In this document: positions 55,167 to 63,988 of the stretch, in pieces
How positions within the stretch are numbered: position 1 is the first letter of the stretch
Layout: each line of letters opens with the position of its first letter
NCBI GenBank assembly: GCA_035288045.1
Contig: DATEBA010000052.1
Location: forward strand, 3,788-67,787
Origin: Actinomycetota bacterium
Lineage (GTDB): Bacteria; Actinomycetota; UBA4738; HRBIN12
DNA length: 64,000 nucleotides
Direction: 5' to 3'
Notes under the pieces: generated by a model
Told to the model about the DNA's origin: nothing
The model's database searches: none
What the model saw: only the letters and a program-made list of their open reading frames with translations
Program-made: the position numbers and the translations under genes

Positions 55167-56129
55167 ATGCGTGCATCGCACGCGCGAGGGGGAACCGCGG
55201 TAGCCACGCTGCTCGCCATCCTAATTACGGTCGGCGCTTCGATGCCGATCAAGGCCGAAGTGGTTCGGACACCACCGCTCGTCCCGAGTCGTGGAGCCTA
55301 CTTCGGTGGCTACTACCGCATGACGGACTGGTCGGTCGAGGCTCAGAAGAGCACGTTCACCGATCTCGAGGCTGCCATGGGCCGGACCCTCGACATCGCC
55401 CACTTCTACTACGACTTCAACGGCGCCATCAACCCTTGGCGCGACAAGTGGCACATCGAGAACGGGCGCATCCCGATGATCTCGTGGCAGGGCTACTACA
55501 CCGACCAGATCATCACGGGCCAGCACGACGGGACCATCGCTCGCTGGGCCGACGACATCAAGGCGCTCGGTGCGCCGGTGTTCCTCCGGTGGTTCTGGGA
55601 GATGGACGACAAGAAGAAGGCGCACTGGACGCAATCGCCCGAGAACTTCATCGCGGCGTGGCGACGCCTGCACGACATCTTCACGGCTCGCGGCGCGACC
55701 AACGCCGTGTGGGTGTGGTGCCCGAACGCGTGGGCCTTCCGGGTCAACACGGCCAACCAGTACTATCCGGGCGACGCGTACGTCGACTGGGTGTGCGCCG
55801 ACGGCTACAACTGGGGGACCCTCGGCTACGGGTACGACTGGGATCTGTTCCCGGCGATCTTCGGCGACTTCTACGAGCAGTGGGCCGGACGCAAGCCGTT
55901 GATGGTCGGCGAGACCGGCGCCGTCGAGCAAGGGGGCAGGAAAGGGCGGTGGATACGAGACCTGCGCTCCATACTCCGGTTCCAGCTCCCGGAGATCAAG
56001 GCTCTCGTTTACTTCAGCTCGGCCGACGGCGTCTACGACTTCCGGATCGGGACATCGACCAGGGCGTACAACGGCTACACGGCGCTAGCAGGGCGACGGT
56101 ATTTCAATCCACCTCATCCCGCGAGCTAG
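55167..56129 (+). CDS. Secreted glycoside hydrolase, GH26-like (mannanase-fold)
   Basis: It has a signal peptide. The motifs 'WFWEMD' and 'MVGETG' are consistent with the GH26 catalytic acid/base and nucleophile Glu. Confidence 0.55.
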   Translation: MRASHARGGTAVATLLAILITVGASMPIKAEVVRTPPLVPSRGAYFGGYYRMTDWSVEAQKSTFTDLEAAMGRTLDIAHFYYDFNGAINPWRDKWHIENGRIPMISWQGYYTDQIITGQHDGTIARWADDIKALGAPVFLRWFWEMDDKKKAHWTQSPENFIAAWRRLHDIFTARGATNAVWVWCPNAWAFRVNTANQYYPGDAYVDWVCADGYNWGTLGYGYDWDLFPAIFGDFYEQWAGRKPLMVGETGAVEQGGRKGRWIRDLRSILRFQLPEIKALVYFSSADGVYDFRIGTSTRAYNGYTALAGRRYFNPPHPAS

Positions 56130-56163
56130 GGTCCTGGGCGGCAACCGAGGCCGCGGGGGCGCC

Positions 56164-57393
56164 TCACGCCCCCGCGGCCTCCGCCATCTCTCCCAGGATC
56201 GCCGGGTACACCCGGGGGTTTCGCCCGGCCCCGGCGGCGGCCGCCTCCTCGAACCGTACGTAGAGCTCGGCCGCGTATAGACGCCCGGCAGCGGCGGCCG
56301 CATCGTGATCCATCCCCAGCCCCCGGAGCGATGGCAGGGAGGCTCGCCTACCCCACTCCAGCGACCGGGGGAGCGGAAGCCGATCGTGTAGGAACGCCAC
56401 GCTCGTGTAGAAGTGGACGAGGTCGAACCCAACTGGGGTATGGGCCGCGCTGTGCTCCCAGTCCCACGCGGCCAGATGCCCCTTCCGGATCGCCAGGTTC
56501 CACGGGACCCAGTCCCCGTGCCACCGACCCACCGGCAGCGTCGCGCGGCCGTGCTCTCCCTCGATGCGCGCGAGGAGCCGCTCTGCCGGGAGGGCGACAT
56601 CGCCGCCTAGGTTGGCGATACGCGCTCTCAACCGCGCGAGGTACGGGCTAGCCGACAACGATCCGCGCGAGACCGACCCGAGCTCCGTGACGGCGCGCGT
56701 CACCTGGAGCGGAGGCGGCTGGCGCAACGGCCGGAGGCGACTGACGCCCCGGGGCAGCGGTGAGACGGCGGAGAGCGCGAGTCCACGCCACGCCCCCTCG
56801 TGCATGACCCGCGGGATCCACAGCGAAGCCTCCTCGGTGCCGTTCAGCTCTCGAAGCGTAAGCGCCTCGTTCCGTACTAGCCCGGCGGTGAAGGCATTCC
56901 ACCCGACCTTGACGTAGGCGACGGGCCTGCCGCCGAGCGAGAACAGCTGCGCAACCGGCTTCCTGTTGGGCCCCTGACGGCCCACGCCGAACGCGGCGAG
57001 GACCCGCTCGGATCCGAGCGCCCGCTCGAGGTGTCGCACGAGCAGGATCGAGCCGAGGCGATCATCGGGCAATGACCCCGGCACGCACACGAGGAGGGGC
57101 CCCCCGAACACGCGCCCACCGAGGCCGGCGCGCACGAGGAGCGAGGCCGCCTCACGTGCGGTCCGAACGACCGGCGGCCGGAGCGAGTTATACCGGCGCA
57201 GCGAGGCTGCCGCCGAGCGACGCGACTCCACCGAGACGAGGAACCGCGGGCGAGCCAGGCTTGGGATGACCGCGTACGACTCCACGACCCGATACCCGTC
57301 GGGGACCGGACCTTCGAGCACGGCACGGACATCTTCGGTGCCGCCCCAGATCACGTCGACGAGCCAGCGCAGGCTCGGATGTACCTCGCCCAC
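56164..57393 (-). CDS. Phosphotransferase enzyme family protein (aminoglycoside-kinase/APH fold)
   Basis: The Brenner motif is 'HGDWVPWNL' with 'VGFDLVHF' further on. The N-terminal Ser-rich 156 aa of ORF 56164..57861 overlap the sulfotransferase gene and are discarded. A GTG start is placed at 57393, 4 nt after the upstream stop. Confidence 0.6.
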   Translation of the reverse strand: MGEVHPSLRWLVDVIWGGTEDVRAVLEGPVPDGYRVVESYAVIPSLARPRFLVSVESRRSAAASLRRYNSLRPPVVRTAREAASLLVRAGLGGRVFGGPLLVCVPGSLPDDRLGSILLVRHLERALGSERVLAAFGVGRQGPNRKPVAQLFSLGGRPVAYVKVGWNAFTAGLVRNEALTLRELNGTEEASLWIPRVMHEGAWRGLALSAVSPLPRGVSRLRPLRQPPPLQVTRAVTELGSVSRGSLSASPYLARLRARIANLGGDVALPAERLLARIEGEHGRATLPVGRWHGDWVPWNLAIRKGHLAAWDWEHSAAHTPVGFDLVHFYTSVAFLHDRLPLPRSLEWGRRASLPSLRGLGMDHDAAAAAGRLYAAELYVRFEEAAAAGAGRNPRVYPAILGEMAEAAGA

Positions 57394-57397
57394 CCGC

Positions 57398-58273
57398 TCA
57401 GCTCCAGTCGAACCGACGACCGAGGAGCTCGAAGAGCCGTTCGTTGTGCGGCCGGAAGTGGGCGACGAGCCGCCGGCGCGTCTCCGGATCCATCGAGCCG
57501 CCCTCGGCGGCGTTGAACTTCTCGTAGCTGTTGAGGTCCATGGGTCGAACGCCGAGGAAAGCGTGCACGCGACGCAGCTCCTCTCCGGGTTGGGCGAAGA
57601 ACTCCTCGCTCCCGACGACGAGGAGACGCTGCCTGGGGAACCGCTCCAGCCAGACGCCGAGTTGGTCCGCGTACTCCCCCCGCGCCATGTAGGTGTGATG
57701 CTGGTGGGAGAAGCTCCGGTATCCCGGGTCGTCGCGGAGCCGCGCGAGCTCGCCAGCCGTTCGCTCGGGCTCGCGGGCGATGGCCTCCGCGAATGGCAGC
57801 GTTTCGTAGCCGAGCCGCGCCTCGTGACGCCATTGCGAGAACGCTCGCTCCACGGGGTCACGGACCATCGCGATGAGCCGGACGTCGGGGAGGAGGCCGG
57901 CCACGCGCTCGGGTACGAGGGGGTGGACCAGGTAGTAGGGGCTCGCCTCGCCCGGGACGAGCGACTCGCCGGTCCGCTCTCGGTGCCTCAGATGCGCCGC
58001 TCTGGTGGGGAAGAACCGTCGGTACCAACCCTCCCCGCGGTCGTACCGCAGGTCGAAGAAATGCACCTCCTTGGCCAGACGCGCGCCTGCGATGTCTGGG
58101 TGCCGGATGAGGTAGTTGTAAAGCGACGTCGTGCCGGCGCGCTGAGCACCGATGATGAGGTAGTCGGGGAGCACACGGGGACCGCCGACAGCGGCAAGTC
58201 CGACGCGGAGCACGCCTTTCGCGCTCTCCCGCACGTCGCGGGGCACGGCCCGAACGAGGCCCCGCACGCTCAC
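57398..58273 (-). CDS. Sulfotransferase (PAPS-dependent, Sulfotransfer_1/3-like)
   Basis: The 5'-PSB motif is 'LIIGAQRAGTTSL' and the 3'-PB region is 'RDPVERAFS'. The start is trimmed to a GTG at 58273 that overlaps the upstream stop as GTGA. The N-terminal Arg-rich part of the ORF overlaps the previous gene. Confidence 0.7.
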   Translation of the reverse strand: MSVRGLVRAVPRDVRESAKGVLRVGLAAVGGPRVLPDYLIIGAQRAGTTSLYNYLIRHPDIAGARLAKEVHFFDLRYDRGEGWYRRFFPTRAAHLRHRERTGESLVPGEASPYYLVHPLVPERVAGLLPDVRLIAMVRDPVERAFSQWRHEARLGYETLPFAEAIAREPERTAGELARLRDDPGYRSFSHQHHTYMARGEYADQLGVWLERFPRQRLLVVGSEEFFAQPGEELRRVHAFLGVRPMDLNSYEKFNAAEGGSMDPETRRRLVAHFRPHNERLFELLGRRFDWS

Positions 58274-60747
58274 GTCTCCCACCCGAAGTCGGTCCCGATG
58301 AGCTCCGCGAGCCTCCGGTTGTGCGGTGCGAAGTGCTCCCGCAGGCGGCGTCGGATCGAGGCTTCCATCGCGGAGCCGGGATGGTAGTTCAAGCGTCCAT
58401 ACCCCTCGAGATCGACGAGCGGGAGCTCCAGGAAGGCCTGGACGCGCCGGAACAGGCCGGCGGGGTCTTCGAACATGTCCTCGCTCCGCACGACGAGCAG
58501 CCGCTCGCGCGCGAACCGCTCGAGCCACAACTCCAGCGGTGCGGCGTACTCACCCTGGCCAACGTAGGTAAAGTGCTCGTGGGCGTAGCTGTACGCGTGC
58601 TCGTCGGCGAGCAGCCGGGCGGCCTCGCCTCGCACGCGATCGGCCTCCGCGTCTATGGCCTCTTCGAACGTGAGGGGCTCGGCGCCGTGACGGAGGCGCT
58701 CTCTGTAGTGGGAGAACGCGCGCTCGACGGGATCGCGAAGGATCACGATGAGCTTGGCGTCGGGCACGGTCCGATGCGCTCGCTCGGGGGCGCGCGGATG
58801 GAAGAGGTAATAGGGGCTCGCCTCGCCCCCGAGGTAGGGGCCGCCGAGGCGCCGCTCCATCCGCCGGACGCGCGCCCGCGTAGGGAAGTGCGATCGGTAC
58901 CATCCGTCCCCGTTCGCATAGTGCAGGTCGAAATACCGGATGCCCTTGATCCGTTGCACCGCAGGATATATCGGTGACACGTGCGGGTGCTGTAGGAGGT
59001 AGTCGAACAGCGAGGTCGTGCCGCCTCGCTTGGCGCCGATCACGAGGAAGGACGGGAGCCCGCGGGTGCCACCCGTGAGGACGCCCCACGAGCGAAGCGC
59101 CCCTTTCATCCCCTCCCGGACGGAGCGGGGCGCGCGGTGGCGGATCGGGGCGCGCAGCATCCCGGCAGAACCGTCGCCGTCACCTCCACGGCGCGAGAAG
59201 GCCCCCACGAGCAACGGAAGCCTAAGAGTGTGGCGCAGGCGCCACAGTAGCGGTCCGTACAGTCCGCCCGCGACCGCGAGCGCCAGGATCCCAGACCCCC
59301 AGGTCGCTCCGAGGGCGGCGCGCGCCGCGAGACCTGCGCCGCCGACGCAGACGAGCGATCCCGTTGCCACCTTCCAATACCCGTCGCCGAACGGGCGGAT
59401 CCCGAGAAGGAACCGGACCTCGAGCAACGCGGCGACGTTGTCGAACACGATGCTCGCCGTCCACGCGATCGCCGCGCCCTCGATCCCCAACCGCGGGATC
59501 AGGAGGAGGTTCAGCCCGACGTTCAACGTTACGGCGCCTATCGTGTTGAAGAGGTTCCACGAGCTCCTCCCGCCCATCAGCAGAACGGCCGTCACGTTGC
59601 CGGTGCCGAGGTTCACGAGCATCGCGAGCGAGAGGATCAGCAGCACGTGCTGGCCCCGCGGGAACTCGGGACCGAACAGGCCGAGCACGAATGGCGCGAA
59701 CGTGGCGAACGCCAGGTAGAGCGGCCACGATGCGGCGATGAGCCACCATGTGGCGACGCGGTAGAGGTCCTCCGCCTCGGCCTTGCGATCCCGCGCCAGT
59801 AGGCCGCTCAGCTGAGGCGCGAGGGCCAGCCGCACGGCCTGCAGAGCGAGCGTTCCCATCACCACCAGTCGGCTCACGGCCGCGTAGACGCCGGCCTCTT
59901 GAGCCGTCCTCATCGACGAGACGAGGAGCACGTCCAGCCAGGTGATCGCCACCTGGAACGCACCGGCGAGCCCGCGGGGGCCAGCGAAGCGCCAGAACTC
60001 GGTCGCCAAACCGGGCGGCCGTGAGCGTCGGGCCGGCACCCCTGCGTCGCGCTCGAGCGTCCGGACCAGCCGGTCGAAGACGAGGACGGCGACCGCGAAC
60101 CCGGCGACGACCGGGATCACCCACGCGAACGCGATCCACGTTGCGCTCAGGCCGAGCAGGACCGCCCCCAGCACGAGCAGCAGGCGTGCCGCGGGCTTCC
60201 CGAGGTTCTCGACCAGCACGTACGGCGCCATCGTGCCGAAGCCGCGAGCGCCCGACACCAGCACCGTGGAAGCGCCGGAGACGAGAAGGAACGGCGCGAA
60301 GAGACGCAGGTACTCGGAACCCTCCGCTCGGTAGGCTTCCTCGAAGATCGCGCGAGCGAGCGGGGCGGCGAGCGCGAACACCAATGCGGCGGCGACGCCG
60401 CCGGTCGCGAGCACCGGCCACAGCGCCGTCGCGAGGATCGGGCGAACGTCCGCGTCTCGGCCGAGCGCTCGGTATCGCGATATCGCACGGACGAGTCCCG
60501 TGTCGGCTCCGAGCTCCGTCACGTTGCTCGCGATCATGAAGAGCGCGACCGCCGCGAAGAAGACGCCGGCGCCCTCGGCACCGAGGCCGCGAGTAACGAC
60601 GACGACCAGGGCGAAAGCGAGGATCCCCCCGAGCACCATCCCGGCGAGGTTGAGCGACCCGCCGCGCGCCAGGAGGCCCAGGTCGTCGCTCCGGCGGCCC
60701 TGCGCCGCCCGAGACGGGGCCGCGAAGTCGCGCGCGCCCTCGAGCAC
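58270..60747 (-). CDS. Fusion protein with an N-terminal polysaccharide-biosynthesis flippase (Wzx/MOP superfamily, ~520 aa) and a C-terminal PAPS-type sulfotransferase (~300 aa)
   Basis: This is a single 825-aa open frame with no stop between the 12-14-helix Wzx-like part and the ST domain. The ST domain has 'FLVIGAKRGGTTSLFDYL' and 'RDPVERAFS' and is a close paralog of the downstream ST. Confidence 0.65.
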   Translation of the reverse strand: MLEGARDFAAPSRAAQGRRSDDLGLLARGGSLNLAGMVLGGILAFALVVVVTRGLGAEGAGVFFAAVALFMIASNVTELGADTGLVRAISRYRALGRDADVRPILATALWPVLATGGVAAALVFALAAPLARAIFEEAYRAEGSEYLRLFAPFLLVSGASTVLVSGARGFGTMAPYVLVENLGKPAARLLLVLGAVLLGLSATWIAFAWVIPVVAGFAVAVLVFDRLVRTLERDAGVPARRSRPPGLATEFWRFAGPRGLAGAFQVAITWLDVLLVSSMRTAQEAGVYAAVSRLVVMGTLALQAVRLALAPQLSGLLARDRKAEAEDLYRVATWWLIAASWPLYLAFATFAPFVLGLFGPEFPRGQHVLLILSLAMLVNLGTGNVTAVLLMGGRSSWNLFNTIGAVTLNVGLNLLLIPRLGIEGAAIAWTASIVFDNVAALLEVRFLLGIRPFGDGYWKVATGSLVCVGGAGLAARAALGATWGSGILALAVAGGLYGPLLWRLRHTLRLPLLVGAFSRRGGDGDGSAGMLRAPIRHRAPRSVREGMKGALRSWGVLTGGTRGLPSFLVIGAKRGGTTSLFDYLLQHPHVSPIYPAVQRIKGIRYFDLHYANGDGWYRSHFPTRARVRRMERRLGGPYLGGEASPYYLFHPRAPERAHRTVPDAKLIVILRDPVERAFSHYRERLRHGAEPLTFEEAIDAEADRVRGEAARLLADEHAYSYAHEHFTYVGQGEYAAPLELWLERFARERLLVVRSEDMFEDPAGLFRRVQAFLELPLVDLEGYGRLNYHPGSAMEASIRRRLREHFAPHNRRLAELIGTDFGWET

Positions 60748-60750
60748 GGA

Positions 60751-62058
60751 CTACCCCGCCCCCGCGGCCGCCGGCGCCCTCTCGCCCGCCGTCGCCGTCG
60801 CCTCCACCGCCTCGGTAAAGGCGCGGCGCTCGCGCAGGGCGATCGCGCTCGCGAGCATCACCACGTGGATCTGGCTCGGCAGCATGCCGTAGTAGGGCAG
60901 CTGGAGCAGCACGATCACCAGGGTGACGTGGGACCAGAAGGTGGCCCAGGAGCCGCCCCGCCGGCTGATCCACGCCACGTAGGCGAACCACCCAACGTAG
61001 AACAGAGCCCCCGGGACCCCGTGGGAGAACAGCACGAGCCAGAGCTGTCCCTGGGTTCCGACCGACGGGAGGTTGGGGTTCTCCGCCGAGGGCCGCGGCG
61101 ATCCGTAGCCGAGGAGCGGCGACTGCAACACGCCTTCGCCGGCCTCCGATGCCAGCGATATGCGCGCGCGGTTGCTGTGACCGGTCACCAGCCGGTCGGC
61201 GACGAGCTCCCGCAGGGGCGTGAAGGCGATGACGAGGCCGAGCACGGCGAACAGTAGCAGCACCCCGCCGAACGCGGTGCCGCGTCCGAGAAGCGCGAAC
61301 CGCCACGATGCGTACAGCAGGCCGAGGCCCAGTGAGAGCCACAACCCCCGGTTGAGCGACATGACTATCGGGACCGCGGACGCCACTAGGAGCGCGATCG
61401 TTATCGGGCGCCAACCCCACCGGCGGATGAACGACCAGCTGGCGATCAGGAGCGGCGTGAGCAGAGCGAAGTTGGCACCCCACTCGTTCGTGTACACGAA
61501 GGGCGCTGCGGGGCGTCCGACAGGATACCCGAGGAAGTCGTGGATCTGCGCGAACCTTGGGTGCACCAGTTGAGAGAACCACTCGTTCGCCATGAACCTC
61601 CCGGGCACGATCGACTCGACCGGCGTCGAGAAGCTCACCTCGGAGAAAAGCACGCCGAGGTACCCGCCCGCCACGACGTAGGCCCAGAACACCCCGAGGG
61701 CCAACAGGATCCGGCCCGTCGGGAGCTGCTCCTCGGTCGAGTTGTAGACGTAGAGGAACAGGATGGTCGCCGATAGATAGAGCGATGCGCGGTAGATGAA
61801 GACGAGACCGCGCGTCGGCTCGTCCAGCATGAGGGCGGAGCCCGCCATCCAGACGAGGAACGCCAGCCAGATCCCGAACCCTCTGGGAGCGCGGACGTCA
61901 CGCCGCAGGACGAGGGACGCGAGCATCGGGAGGGCGAGGATCGGCCAGACGAACGCCCCCAGGCCGAGCACCCACCAGATCGGAAAGGCGACGAAAAGGG
62001 CGTAGAGCAGCAAGCCCGCAGGTAGCCGTAGGGAGCGTGTCGTGGTGGGCCTCGCCAT
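60751..62058 (-). CDS. O-antigen ligase / Wzy-like polymerase family membrane protein
   Basis: It has 435 aa and about 10-12 transmembrane helices. The Wzy_C-type periplasmic loop has 'SLNRGLWL'. Confidence 0.7.
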   Translation of the reverse strand: MARPTTTRSLRLPAGLLLYALFVAFPIWWVLGLGAFVWPILALPMLASLVLRRDVRAPRGFGIWLAFLVWMAGSALMLDEPTRGLVFIYRASLYLSATILFLYVYNSTEEQLPTGRILLALGVFWAYVVAGGYLGVLFSEVSFSTPVESIVPGRFMANEWFSQLVHPRFAQIHDFLGYPVGRPAAPFVYTNEWGANFALLTPLLIASWSFIRRWGWRPITIALLVASAVPIVMSLNRGLWLSLGLGLLYASWRFALLGRGTAFGGVLLLFAVLGLVIAFTPLRELVADRLVTGHSNRARISLASEAGEGVLQSPLLGYGSPRPSAENPNLPSVGTQGQLWLVLFSHGVPGALFYVGWFAYVAWISRRGGSWATFWSHVTLVIVLLQLPYYGMLPSQIHVVMLASAIALRERRAFTEAVEATATAGERAPAAAGAG

Positions 62059-62972
62059 CAGATCCCCTTCCCGACGGAGTGAGCCAGGCGGAGGATCGTC
62101 TCGGGACGCAGGAGCCCAAGACTCACGAGGAAAGCCAGGTATGCCCGACGCTCCCGCCAGTCCGCACGGAGAGTCCGTCGGGCCCAGCTGCGAGCGAGGG
62201 CCCGATCCCCCGCCCCCGCGAGCGCGAACGCGATCTGCCCGCTAACGCGGGCGAGTCCCCGGGGGTCGGTCTCGAACTCCGGGTAACGCTGCAACAGGTA
62301 GGTGAGGCCCTCCGCCATCATCCGCCAGCGCCCTTCGAAGTACGACGCGGTCCCCCAGTGCACCCGGACGAGCGGGCGAGGCACCGCCACGATCGGCGCG
62401 AGGCGTGCGGCCCGGAGCAGCCACTCGTAGTCCTCGCCGAAGCTCCCCGGGATCTCCTCGTCCACCTGGCCGATCCTCTCCAGGAACGCGGAGCGCCGCA
62501 CGAGCAGCGTCGAGGAGTGGAGCTCCGCTACCCTGGAGTGAAGCAGGTGACGGAAGGTCACGAGCTCCGCGGGCGGCAGACGCTCGATGCTCCGGCCCCG
62601 ATACTCGACGACGATGCCCGAGGAGGCGACGTCCGAGCCGGGCTCGCGGTCCAGCGCCTCCACCTGCAGACGCAGCTTGTCGGGCAGCCACTCGTCGTCG
62701 TCGTCGCAGAAGGCGAGGAGCTCGCCGCCGGCGCGCTCCGCGCCGGCATTCCTGGCACCGGCCAGCCCGGGTCGGTGATCGTTCGAGACGACGTGGACGC
62801 GCCGCCCGGGACCGGTCGTCACCTCGATCGCCTTCGGATCGCTGCGATCGAACACGACGAGGCACTCGATGTCGCCGTCGTATCGCTGACCGAGGATGGC
62901 CCGAAGCGCGCGTCGGACGAGCTCGGGGCGATCCCGGGTGGGCACGACGGCGGTCACCGGAGGCACGCTCAC
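62058..62972 (-). CDS. Glycosyltransferase family 2
   Basis: Has 'VTAVVPTRDRP' and the 'DDDDEW' DXD motif. The start is trimmed to a GTG at 62972 overlapping the upstream stop (GTGA). The stop overlaps the ligase start (ATGA). Confidence 0.7.
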   Translation of the reverse strand: MSVPPVTAVVPTRDRPELVRRALRAILGQRYDGDIECLVVFDRSDPKAIEVTTGPGRRVHVVSNDHRPGLAGARNAGAERAGGELLAFCDDDDEWLPDKLRLQVEALDREPGSDVASSGIVVEYRGRSIERLPPAELVTFRHLLHSRVAELHSSTLLVRRSAFLERIGQVDEEIPGSFGEDYEWLLRAARLAPIVAVPRPLVRVHWGTASYFEGRWRMMAEGLTYLLQRYPEFETDPRGLARVSGQIAFALAGAGDRALARSWARRTLRADWRERRAYLAFLVSLGLLRPETILRLAHSVGKGI

Positions 62973-63988
62973 CGGTCGCCTCCTCCGCGCACGCGGTACC
63001 CGTAGCGGTAGAGCAGCGGCATCGTGATCGCGGAGACGAGGCGCCGGCGGCCGGGGTCCATCCCATGCCTCCACTCCTCGTCCGGGCGGAGCTCCACGGG
63101 CCCCGTGCGGAACCGCATCGGGTTGCCGGACACGGTGTGTCCGACGCCGAGCTCCGCGGCACCGTCACGAAGGAAGGCGAGTGCATCGTCTCCGAGCCCC
63201 TCCCCGGTGAGGTGGAGGATCCGCTCCAGCTCGCGGCGGGGGTCCGCAACCAGGGACTCGTAGCGAACGAGGAGCATCGGCACTCCGGTAAGCCGGAGCA
63301 ACTCGAACAAGCCATTGTACGCCACCCAGTCGGTGCCGGCGCGTGCGGCGCCCGGCGTGGGCATGTAGGCCTCGCCGGCGACGACCTCCGGGCGCCGCAC
63401 GCGCCTCCCCCACGAGAACGCGACGCCGCGACTGTCACGGACGAGGTGCGCGACGCGAAGATCGACGCCCGGCACGCGGCGCAGGAGGAACGCCGTCGAC
63501 GCGTGCTTGGACGAGTCCACGACCACCCGCGCGCCCGCGACGGAGGCCAACGCCCCGTACAGTCGACCGAGAAGGTGGGCGTATCGCCGCAAGCGGTCCC
63601 GGTAGCGGCCGCGAGGCGCCAGCATGAGGGGGATGAACCGGTTTCGGTCGACGCTTCGCTGCAGCCCCAGGACCTCGGCGGGCTGAAGCCTGTCCCAGCC
63701 GCCGAACGCGGCCTCGCCGACATCCGCCCAGTACGGGCACGCGCGGAACCGCTCGCCGCACCCACACAGCTGGTCCCCTGCTAGCCCGCGCCGCCAGAGG
63801 TGCACGACCTCGCCGACCGACACGAAACCGGGGATCTCCCCCAGCATGCGGTCGAGCAATGTGCTCCCGCTCCGGCCGGTGCCGCCCACGTAGAGCACAC
63901 GTACCCGCCGGGGCGGCGAAGGCGCATCGGCGGCGAGCGCGTCGACGAGCCGCGCGAACCGCTCCACCCCCTCGGGCGGCGCGTCCAC
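62969..63988 (-). CDS. Sulfotransferase family protein (Sulfotransfer_3-like, PAPS-dependent)
   Basis: The P-loop-like 5'-PSB motif is 'LYVGGTGRSGSTLL' with 'RDSRGVAFS' further on. It is the first gene of the minus-strand operon. The exact start is near the window edge. Confidence 0.65.
   Translation of the reverse strand: MDAPPEGVERFARLVDALAADAPSPPRRVRVLYVGGTGRSGSTLLDRMLGEIPGFVSVGEVVHLWRRGLAGDQLCGCGERFRACPYWADVGEAAFGGWDRLQPAEVLGLQRSVDRNRFIPLMLAPRGRYRDRLRRYAHLLGRLYGALASVAGARVVVDSSKHASTAFLLRRVPGVDLRVAHLVRDSRGVAFSWGRRVRRPEVVAGEAYMPTPGAARAGTDWVAYNGLFELLRLTGVPMLLVRYESLVADPRRELERILHLTGEGLGDDALAFLRDGAAELGVGHTVSGNPMRFRTGPVELRPDEEWRHGMDPGRRRLVSAITMPLLYRYGYRVRGGGDR

Noticed and set aside
57394-57861. 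Ser-rich 156-aa N-terminal extension of the kinase ORF
   Set aside because: It overlaps the downstream half of the sulfotransferase gene in another frame and its composition is poly-Ser/Thr/Arg. The kinase fold starts right after a GTG at 57393.
62973-63074. N-terminal extension of the GT2 ORF, and by analogy the N-terminal extensions at 58274..58528, 45910..45945, 49695..49880, 50554..50694 and 45791..46708
   Set aside because: All overlap the 3' ends of real upstream genes or are Arg/Pro-rich. Internal starts placed at stop/start overlaps give proteins of canonical length.
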